A stretch of 64,000 nucleotides of DNA, taken from NCBI GenBank assembly GCA_051294905.1, contig CM119383.1, forward strand, positions 11,656,001 through 11,720,000, written 5' to 3'. Source of the stretch: Botryllus schlosseri. Taxonomy: Eukaryota. A program made the translations under genes and the position numbers. Below the pieces are notes generated by a model, which was given only the letters and a program-made list of their open reading frames with translations, was not told where the DNA came from and did not search any database. Below are positions 24,501 to 36,500 of this stretch, piece after piece. Position 1 is the stretch's first letter, and each line of letters starts with the position of its first letter.

Positions 24501-27500
24501 GAAGACTGAAAGAAGCACTGATCCCAACTAGAGATTGATATATTACAGGACAGCTATATTTGGTTTGAGAAAATATTATGTAGAAATGGAATAATCTGAA
24601 ATATTTACGACAAGATTGTATCAGTCTGATTTTAGTGAATATATAAAGAAAACAAACCCCAATATATAAATGAACGTACACATACACACTACACTAAACG
24701 CACACACTAGGCCAGTGTTTCCTAAAGTATGGGTCGCGACCCAAACATGGGTCGCGGAGGGTCAGAAAATGGGTCGCGACATAGTGATTCAAATCTGTCA
24801 AAATTCAATTTTCTTAGTGGATTATTGCATTATCATTTCATCATACGCATTCATTCATACGCTCCTTAGTGGATTATTGCATCATAAATGGTTTTCTAAG
24901 AGTTTCAATGGCAGCGCAGTTACACTAGGCGTACCGAAACTACTTAGCCAAGTGGCTGCTAAAAAGACTAGGTTAAGATTTGTTGATCACGAATGTATTT
25001 TGGAGTTGAATGGTTTAGTAAATAGGTCAGTGTAGTACCAGTAAGGCTTGATAGTATGAAAGTTTAGCTTTTCATAGTTCAAGAGTAGTACTAGACTAGA
25101 GCCTAAACTTCAAATTTATCTATTCACTCTGAAAAATTAGCAGAGTGTAAACACAAGAAATACATTTTTTTATGTTTGAGGTTTGGGTCGTGAGGTGATC
25201 ATGATACTCAGATTTGGGTCGCGCTCAAAAAAGTTTAAGAACCGCTGCACTAGGCCAACTACAGAGCAGCTAGCATTGAAGGCAAGACAGCAGTACATAA
25301 AAATTTCGACCTCTTCGCCAGCAGCGAATCCCTTGAGACGCTTCAACTCGGCTTGCAAAAATTCGTCGAGCATATCGAAAGCGAAGTTGATTTCCTCCTC
25401 ACTCGGGATGTGCCAAGCCGTCTCGAGCTCGCGGGGAGAGATGCAGTGTCCCCAATTCTGAAAAACGTACGTTTCAACATGCATATCAACGAGCCCGGGT
25501 TAAGACTGAACTGGGACAAAACCGGAGCGACACGACAGCACACTTGAAACTGCAAACAAAACAAGGAAGAAACGTACATGGACGGGTAGCTTTTCATTCT
25601 TCGTGCTTGGATTCAGGCTGCTGTGATCCGTCTCATAGAACCGAGTCAAATTATACAACAACTTGCCCGCCAGGCCGGCTGCTTGCTGGTATCCTCGTTT
25701 TGCTTTCATTTCAAGGGTCAGCCTCAACACGTCCAGTAGTTGTTCCTTATATCTGACAAAGAGTGAGGAAATGATAGAAACGGCGAGATAGAACCGTGAA
25801 ATATCATTACTCGAGCACGAATTTCCCAGAATGCTTGCATATTCCCGACAGCACGACCAAATACCAGTGGAGTTGGTTGTCGACCTTCTCTTCATCTTGG
25901 AGGCCCGGGTTTTCTGAAAGGAAGTATATTGTCTGGTAAAGATTATGTGTGCGATGATCTACGATCCGTATGTATTTTTGTCACAGTGGGGAGAGATCAG
26001 ATATTAGGTTGGACTGAAACAATAAACTGTGTAAACTAAATCGGAAACGTGTTTACATCAAAGCCTGTATATCTATGTACTGTGTGTAGCCTATGTGAGT
26101 CGTACGCATATAAAACATATGAAACCAATGTGAGATTTACAAGTAATTCTGCATAAACTTGGATTGGCCAATTTGAATGAATGCTAAATCCCAACTACCA
26201 ACTCCAGCATTACTGTTTTTGTAGTAGTATAGTTGAAACGGGGTTGTAATGACTCGAGTCTGACTCGAGTCACGATTTTCTGATGAGACCGACATTTCAT
26301 TGTAATTTCGGACAATAGTAACGTACCCAGACTATTGGGATTACGTCTATTGGTCCCGGTATTCAAAAATGCGACCAGAAACTGCTGAAGGTTGGGAAAA
26401 TTAGTATGCAAACAATTCGATATCACCAAACAGAGTTATAAAAAGTGGATTTAACAGACTTTAACTGGAAACTGATCAGTCAACACAATGACTTGGACTC
26501 GGACTCGAGTCATAATACCATGACTCGGACTCGACTCGGTGGTGAATTGAAAATGACTCGACTTGACTCGAGTCAAAACTATAAAAGCGACATTGACTTG
26601 TGACTCGGAGCCTTGTGACTTGGTTACAACCCTGAGTTGAAATCTCGTTTGTTGCCATTGATACAGTAAAAATTACACGGCCTGTCGTTGTAGTCCTCAC
26701 TTTCTCACACATCCATTTCGATTTGTAAATAAAATTATAACACCACAGAATATAGTTTAAACTTTTGGCTTGGAAAGCCGGTATATTTTCTACTTCTAAT
26801 GTGCCCCTTGGAAGAATATTTTCCCACTCCTCGTCAAGGAAATTTAGGCGGTTCGCGATTAAATTAATCAAACCTCAGTCAACAAAAAATACACATACGC
26901 ACGATACAGAGTTTCGAATTAGACACAACATTTAGGAAATTAGGATTGATGTAGAACAGATTTCTACCTTCTGAAACTGAAATTTTATCATTATCAACTT
27001 ACCCTCAAATAGCCCAATAATCTCTCTCGTAAAATACGGAATGAATTTCTTGGACGCGAGCTCCGGGTTTGCTCTAGCAGTCGCGCCGCAGACATGCATT
27101 ATCGTGCCCAGCGAGCCTGCACCGTCCAGAATGCGAGATGCCATGAATTGGAATATTTTGTCCATAGAACGCTGAAATTTAAATGTACAGCTTTTACTTG
27201 TGTTTACGTTCTAAATTTGAGTCGTGACATCGCTGACCAACACAATAGTTCGATAATATAGGAATTCACGTTGTCGGTAATGTTAAAATGAAGTTCGCCG
27301 GCGATCAACGTTAAACACGAATTTACAAATAGGATATCATGATTTGTTTGTGATCTATTATTACTAGGGCAAGTTTTTGCAACTTTTGCAACTTTTTTTT
27401 ACAGCTTCCGACAGCTTCGTAGATACTCAGAATCTATGTACTATGGTGTTTTAAGCTGTTTGGAGGGATTTAATAGTGCCACTTTTTGCAACTTTTCTCT

Positions 27501-30500
27501 ATTTTTCATAGCCAATTTTTACTGTAACTTTTATCAAAAATTGCGTAAAAACGTAAAGGAGTGATTTAAAAACATACTATAACTATTTCTGTATGGTGCT
27601 ACTCTCTTCGATTCGCATAACAAAGAGCTATATGATGGGTTAGCTGCATCTCACTGTTATCTATGACACAATGGAGAGAAGCTGAACTCCCCCTGCCAAG
27701 CACGACCGTGCCCGAATAATATGTAAATAGATCGCTTTATTAATTCTGTCGTTTAAATTTGAAATAGTTTCCCATTTCACGAACGCTCAGGCAAGACCGC
27801 CGAAAATTACATTTTCACTGGGTCCTCTTCTTCAGGCTATTGATTTTGTTAAAGTCGCCAAGAGTGAGTTTTTCTGTAATGCCCTTGGTCAAGTTTGCGG
27901 ACCTAGGGGGGTTTGGTGTGTGTTATTCTACTTGTTTCAAGGGGAGGGGGTTATCGCTATGCTGTTTGGAATTTTGGGGGAAATTATTCCCGCATTGCGT
28001 AATTTTCTTGCTGTGTGCCGGGAAAAAATGTAATTTTGGGAGGTTTCGTCAGACCGTTAAATGGCGAAGTAACAAATTTGACAGCTCTGCAGAAACTAGG
28101 CTATACAACGGAGCATTTCAAGTGTCTCATACCCTACTAATTCAACAAAATTATAAATGCAACTTTTGTTAAAATTAAATGCAACTTTCTCGTGATTTTA
28201 GTGCAACAAAAACTTGCCACAATCATTACCATTCATAGTTTTCAAAGCTTCGATCACAGAACTTGATTCGCACTCCGTTACTGAGCACCTCTGCCTGTAA
28301 CCCTAACAATAGGGTGGTTCAAAAATAACCTTTTTTCCTGAATCTTGCAGGTTACTTGATTAAATCGTTAGGTTGCCTTAAAAAACGACGCACACCAAAT
28401 TTTAATTCATTCCAACCAATATTCGCGGATTTCGTAGAGTTTGAAAATTTTGAATTCGCCTAGAAATGCAAAAAAAAAATTTTTTCAAATTTTTCTGCCA
28501 ACTCCATGAAATTGTTGCGCTGTCTTCGAAAAAGATGCAAAACAAATTTGACTTAATTCGAAGCCGTAGAAGTGGAGTTATTTCAGTTTTTCTTTGATAA
28601 TTCTGGGAATATCCTTGATTGGTGGATCATCTCAGAATTATCATCAAAAAACTTGAATAACTCCGCTTCTGCAGCTTGGAATTGAGTCAAATTTGTTTTC
28701 CATCGTTTTTGAAGACAGCGCAACAATTTCATAAGGTTGGAAGGAAAATTTGAAAAAAATTTTTTTTTGCATTTTTATGCAAATTCAAAATTTTCAAACT
28801 CTACGAAATCCGCGAATATTGGTTGGAATGAATTCAAATTTGGTGTGCGTCGTTTTTTAAGGCAACCTAACGATTTAATCAAGTAACCTGCAAGATTCAG
28901 GAAAAAAGGTTATTTTTGAACCACCCTACCTAACAAGGTAGCACATGAAGCCTACCTTATAGATCTCTGGGGACGACTGATTAAGAATGATGGCCACTGA
29001 TGCCCCGATACCCCCCATAATCACGCCTTCCATCATGCTCCATTTCAACTCCACGTCGTTTCCAGATTCGACGGCTTGCGTCGAATGTTCTCGGTTGAAA
29101 GACTCGATGAGCGTAAAAACCCTGAAAGTGTACCGTGAAAATAAGATCTGGTGCTATTTTTAGACAAGTAATAGAATCTCGCTACGAGTCACAATCGTTT
29201 TGTGGGGTACGAAAACTACACCGCTTCTATGAAGTTGTTTTGATGAAATCAAATCTATGTAACTAAAAGTATTCAACAAAGGTGGTCGAAGTACTAAAGT
29301 AGAAGTAAAAGCAAAAGAAATACCGTGAATTTCCACTCATTTGGAAGTAGCTATATTCAAAACATGCTTCAAGTACCAGAAAGCGAGACGTCTCAAAATT
29401 ACTGTAGTAACTAATTTCAAAACGTGAATTCGGTTGAGGCGTTTCCTAATTTTACCTATCAATCTGCCGTGGCTAATTTTGAATCGAGATATGTACCATC
29501 GCAGCCAAATACACAAATTGGCTAATGACAACGCAAATTAAATGAACTGGTCGAAACAATATTCAGTTCAGATGATACAGAAGCTATTTAACTCCAAAAC
29601 GTGATCCAAACCTATACAAAAATTCATCACTGCTCAACAGAATCAGAGTCTACGAAAGTAAGTAGTTTACTACAAAAACCATTCAGTAGTATTCTAAAAG
29701 CAAATCCACTTAGTCAAGTATTATGTAGTAGTGAGAAAGTAATGCTACTTTACAGAATGTCAAGAGCAATATATAATTATATGCTATTCCCAAGATTTTA
29801 TAATGGAATAAAATCACCAGATGGCATGCAACAATTATCGTGTGCGGCCAACACCCTTAGCATTACCTGTCCAAAAATAAAATCACAAAATCCGGCAATT
29901 CGGTTGTAGCGAGGCATAGATTTCGCAGTCTCTCCGGCATGTCTGCTTCCCGGCTTACTGCGTCGCTGCAGTCGGCAATGGGCATGAGTGAGAAACAAGT
30001 CGTAATGAAGTTGATACCGGCCTGCGACAAGAAGAGTAATCGGTGAGTAATCTCAATGCAGACAAGCAAACGTTACAGCGTTCTTACAATTTTCAAAACA
30101 GTTTCGGCAACTATGATTATATTTACTGCTCAATGAGAGTCGTGAATATACATAGCCACAATTGAACTAAAACTAGATACTTTTTTATTCATCGTTATGG
30201 TTCATGGCTGTTTGACTTTTTTACGGGGATTGGAATACTTTGGAGATGTGGTCAAAATGGTCAGCATTGCTACTCAAGTTGAACTGATGCCATAAATTTC
30301 TACTTAATTATAAGCTTTACTAGCAATTTTTGAGATATGTCAAAGCTACTTGAAGCGGAATACATTTACTCTCATCACACTGGTCAACACATATTTTTAA
30401 GCAGACAAAGTAAGAGTGGTTTTGGGGGTTCTGAAGGGCACTGATTCCGAATATGACCTTAGTTTTTTCAAATTGGCTCTTGTTGTGGAGATAACCCATG

Positions 30501-33500
30501 GGGCTGTTTTGACCAAAATCTCCCATTTTCGCGGTAATGACTAGATATAAAATCGGCTTAGTGGTACTATAAAGTTTAGAAATTCAATCTACTTGTTATT
30601 TTTACACACAGAACACTATATTAAATCAAAATACAGCAACAGCACTATATTTTGGGGTACTAGATTTATCATAGTTACAGACTTTCACGGAAATCATGTA
30701 CATAAATAAACTCCAGTCATGTATAGAAGTATTTACCTAGATACTGAAATAACGTGGCATTAATTCAATCAGTTTTACGTCAACCACCTATTGTAAATTT
30801 GAAATAATCAGTATGGATACAATATTATTGATATATTTTAAATCGAAATTGTAAGCTATTTAGTGCAGTTTCTCGAAAGGTTCCGGCAACGGTCTGACAT
30901 AATATGATCAATGGTTCATCTCATCCGCCCTGGTATCTTTCTATTGTTGTTCTGATGTCTTGTTAGAACCTCTCCCCTCGCTAATCAACATGATGATCGG
31001 GAAATATATCAAGATGACTGAACAGGAAGTGAACTTTTATGCTCATGTTTGTTCCAAGTTTTCGATATGCAGATACGAAATTTCGGACCAACTGTTTGTA
31101 GTTGGGTGCTTTGTGATCAGCTAAAAAGTTTTTACTACATCTTAGGAGAAATTACATGCTGTGAACTCCTCCTGATGTGAAATTGGAATCTTTCATCGGT
31201 ATTCGAATATACCAGATACCAGATTTAAGCTTCTCGATTAATAGGGTTACTAGGTATACCCACTTCGTTGACTCAGTGGGAAATTATCCATTTACCAGTC
31301 AAAAGAAATGAGACACATATAAGTATTGTAGTTAAGCCTCTCAAGGACAAATTTTTTAGTTTTATACTCCTCTTTTATCTTGGTAGAATGACCAATTGAT
31401 ACAGGAGAAGATGAATTTCCGTTTTGGAAAAATATAATTTTTAGGCTTGACAAAGTGCTTTTTTGACAAACAAATATTTCGCATCATGCCATGTTAATAT
31501 TGATAGAATGACTGAGAATGACATGAGGGTTCTTCATAGTCAATAAGCCATTTATGCGCAATATAAAATTAGAAAAAACTACGACTTTCTTCCCACCAAG
31601 TGAAATATTTCAGGGTAAATACAGTAATTTTGAGCTTTTTTAGGGGTATAAATATCTTCTGACAGAGAGCCAATCTGACAAAACTAAGGTGATATTCGTA
31701 ATCAGCAACCTCAAAAACCCCAGAAACGGCTCTCAGATGTTCTGCCTAAAAAAAAAAATTCATTTTGTTGGCCAGTGTTATTAGTCGACCCTTATTTTGC
31801 TACATTTGGCAGCAACGGTCTTACAAATCTTACCATAGACTTTGGCATGTCGTTTGAATCGATAGTGGGCAGAGCGCGGAACAAAATCGGTATGACGTGC
31901 GCCCGGCCCTCCGAGTACCACTTGGACTCGCGCATGACCGCGCGCATAGAGGAAACCAGCGCAGACAGACATCCTTTTAACTGGTGGGGTTCGGTCAAAG
32001 TCTCCAGCGCCGTGTACGATCTGCAACCGTACATTTCAATTTCAGATACAAGGATGTACAATTGAACAATATATTTAAATTGAAATGAACAAAGTTGGCA
32101 TACCAAGTTATCTCTACTAGTTGCTGACGATTACTCCTAACAGGTTTCAGCTCAAAATATCTGGGACGATATCAATACAGCTATAGTATTCAATTGTATA
32201 TTGAAGTTATGTACCTCCAAGCATAGGCGCTGGAGGCTAAATTACCGTAGGTATGCGGGGGCGGTGACTTGACAACGGGGTGACGTCATGATTTGGCAGA
32301 ATGGACAATAGGTTATGCTGTGTAAATGCTAAATAATTAGACTTGCAAAACTTTAATATCAACAATTACACAGTCGCTTGTCTATAGTGACATACTTTTT
32401 CAAAATTCACCAAGGAACCATTTAATTTATTAGGGTTAGGTACATGCGTTAATGCCTATAACACAAGGATCAGGTATGCTTCCTCATGTTGATGAGCTTA
32501 CGCATACCGTATGAGGTACTATATATAAGCCAGTATAAGCTCCACTTTCTCACATACCATAAGAACTGCATGCGAAACAGCGAGGCAATTTCGATACCAG
32601 CGAGATGTCATCAATAAGCAAAACGCAACTAATTTGAAACCAGCAGATTTCAATCGCTCCATTTACCATACAAATGAATACACATCTCAGCGGGAGAGCG
32701 ATTACGAGTGACCTCCCGCTGTACTCTGCACTTTTGATGGTCACTAATATCTAGGTCGTGATTTTGTCTCAACTCAACTTCTTTAACAGTGAATCAATGT
32801 GTAACTATGACTAATTTGCCCCAATAAACAACATCATGTAAACGCAACTACCACGCTCACAAACGCAACTACCACGTTCATTATGTATAAATCGTACAAT
32901 TCACCATCTAGTTTAGGCGATTACATGCATATGTGACTTGTTGGTATGCCACATCACCCAAAAATTTACTAGGTATGCATGGCATACCAGAATATGTACA
33001 TCTCTATTATTTTCACGCTGAATAATCATTTGAGAAAGACTGTCATTTCATCTCGACTGCCCGCTCACATTTCCCAGCTCGACAGTGAGCGTTACGATGT
33101 AGCATTGGGAAAAATAGCGGTCCTTACTTTTCCAACAAGTCAGGCAATATGAGTTCCGGTCTGATATTGGCCAGCAACTGAATCGTGCGGCTCGGCGAAG
33201 TAGAGTGGTGCTTGCTGTACAAAGCCAAAAACGTTGCAGGCTTCACGATTTCTACGAATCTCGTGATTTCCGAATCGGTGAGTTTGTGCGATTCGGGAGT
33301 CTGCAAAAACCAACAGGAAGTAACGCCACGGAATTGCGACGCCAACCGAAAAATTTACCTGTCCATGCCAAGTTTCTTTTTTATACCGCTCCTTGTGAAT
33401 ACGATACACAAACTTGTAACACAAACTTGACAGGAAACTCAACAGAGACGGCTAAAAAGATGAGCATAACACTGTAATGAATCACACATATATGCAGAGA

Positions 33501-36500
33501 CTTCTACTATACTATAGGAATACGATGTTATATATTTTTGTCCTTGATGTTTTTGCGGCATATACACACCGACTCATAATGTATATACACGCAATCTGTG
33601 CATATACATACCATGAGTGCATGATGCGAAATGCATTGCGCGTATGCCGCTGGGCAAGGAAGATACAGATATAGCCTTGCAAGGCTTTGTAAGATAATAC
33701 AAACAGCAGCGTATTTTAATCTTGGGATCTGATGAAGTGGCAAGGTTTTTATAATATGGCAGAACTCATATGCAACACCATAAATATATCATATATGCAA
33801 CCACATAAATGCACGAGATGTATGTGGCACAGTATACAAATCTGAATTCATAATAATAATGATTCATTATACAACAGTGTAACTCTAATGCCAGACCTGA
33901 TACTAATGATAACCAATCGTAGTACCGTAATTCATATAGCCTTGATAGAAAAGAATTATCAAGAACTCACCGTCCAGTAGCCGTGATTTGACGGGTAATA
34001 GTACGATTCCATAGCCTTGAACATGCCGGCGATATGGTCCAGCACCACTCCTGACGACGGTCCGCCCTGAATGAAGAAAACAAGGCGTCATTGTCGCAAA
34101 CAAAATATCTGAACCAGCGCGAATCTGTAGATTGACAGCTGCATCAGGTGCACAAGTGAAACTGACAACGGGTATGAGCTGTGCTAGAAGAGTCACCTTG
34201 TCACTCACCGCCAATGTTACAGCAATTTCAAATTATCACCAGCAGCGTAGGAGTGACAAATGGATTTATAATTTTCAAAATTTTTTGGGGTGATTGCACT
34301 TACACAGAATTCGGAGTAAAAATGTAGGAAGTTGATGACTAAAAACAGAGAACAATGTAGTTTAAGAATTTTTAACTGTAGTTTCAACACTTGCCTTTCA
34401 AGGATCCCTTAAAACTAACCTACGGACCCTCAAGGGGTGAACCCCAGTTCAAGCCATAGTGGAAATATTCGTCTTAGTCAAAAACCAGTACGTACCAACA
34501 TTGCGACAATCCATCGCGGTATAGCATCCTGTAACAGACTTCCGGGTAGAGACACCATGGCCACATTGTTCTGCTTCCCGACAGGAAGTCGGAATATGCG
34601 CAGAAGCCTTGTGAATATCTGAAATTGTTTTGGATCGGTCGGGTGACTCCGATTTGCCGTCAGTGATAATACATGGTAGCACGTTACCTTGTCACAGTGG
34701 GGCGCCCAGTCGATGTGGCCGATATTATGCAGAGCCAGCCTCGCAAACATCACAATCAAATTCTGTAATAACAAAGGAATTGTCATCAGTCACTTTATAG
34801 CTCAATCCATAGTTCCACACAATGAATATAGCAGCAGTACAGGACAGAGATATCAAGAAGGTTTTGCCCATATTCACTGTTTGGTCATTATTGCTATAAT
34901 TGGTTATGCTTCAATTCTGAATAGCAGTTACGGTATCAGCTTTATAGGAAAAACTGGGCTTAGAATTCTTACTTTTTACTTAATTGGAATCGCTATTTCT
35001 ACTACTTGTAGGCCTACTAGAGTATAAATTTATGTTACTTCTAGCTTTACACGAGTACGAATGAAGAACCACAGATTGCTGATATATTTATTTTCACTGA
35101 AACGTTATCAAGTGACAATGCGCTACAGTGTAACTCAATTCTAGGTGTGAACTGTGTGATGCTCTTGAAATAACAAGCTACAGCACACATTGAGAAGTGG
35201 ACGAGTACGATGCTGCAGTCGACCCAGCTGATTTTTTATACTGATTGCATCTGCATCAATTTTAAGAATCTGTAGAATCTTTAAAAAAACTTTGCATAAT
35301 TTGATTTGCCAGCAGAGATAATCAAGTCTGTTGCAAAAGTCGTGTAGAATTTTTTCAAAATTTTGCAATTTACTAAAATTGATGCAGATACTATAAAAAC
35401 AGTTGCGGGAGTTGCAAAATTGTATTCAATAGAGTTGAACAGACTGTAATGGTCCCAATACAGGTCACATAAACTAGTTGATTACCTACTTGCCATGTTT
35501 AGCTGATGCACTGACACAATCTTAGTGTGTAAAGTAGGCCAAGTCAATTTGGTGGTATTTGATGATGTAGCATGGACCTCATGAATAATTTGAGTAAGAG
35601 GCCATTCATTTTGACTCGTGTCATTTTCAATCCAATTTTATACAGCTGTTTCTAGAAACTAAGTGTTGCTAGAGGCACAAAGCATGAGATCAGAAACTAA
35701 ATGCAGCCAGTTTTTGTAGGGTGGTGATTGCCTCATAATATCACAAGTTCACGAATCAATTCCACAATCACAATAAATCAATTGATGTTAAACTTGTTTA
35801 TCGTAACAGAAATTGCCTGGAATATTACTTACAAGCTCAAATGACGGACCATTGTGTATCGACTCCCATATATTAAACAATTCCTTAAACCACAATCTCC
35901 ACGAAAGATCTCTCTCTTCTTCTGAAACTGCTATCGTAGGCAGGAACCAATCCATATACTTTAGTCCTTCGATGACCGTCATATCATACGGGCATAAGAG
36001 AGGCTTGAAGACGTCGAGCATTTCTTGTGTCGAGTTGGAGGGAAAATATCTGAAAACGAGGGTTATATTTAGCATAGTTTTAATTTTAGTACTTCCAGTC
36101 CGCTGATTTTTTATTTCAGATGTGACGACCAGTGAGTAAAAATGTATGATTTTCATTTTCTATTTTCATTTAAAAAAATTTCACCCTCGGCCTACTAGTA
36201 TTGCTAGTATCTATAGCCAAACACAACTGTGTTCATCAGATTTTTTCAAGCTTTTTTTTCTGATGACATTGTTGGAACAGAGTCTCGGGGGAGGAGGAGA
36301 GCAGATTGTCCCCAAACTTTGCAACATGCTAGAGCCGAGACTTCAGGTACATATTATTACATATAGGATTCAAAGTGAGAACTCACACTGAACAGGTTGA
36401 AATGACGGATTTCAAATGCGAATCAAGAGAAGATGGGAACCATTCTAGGCCGGCTTCTGCCCATTTAGAATCCAACAGTCTCTTTGCAAGACCGTACAAC

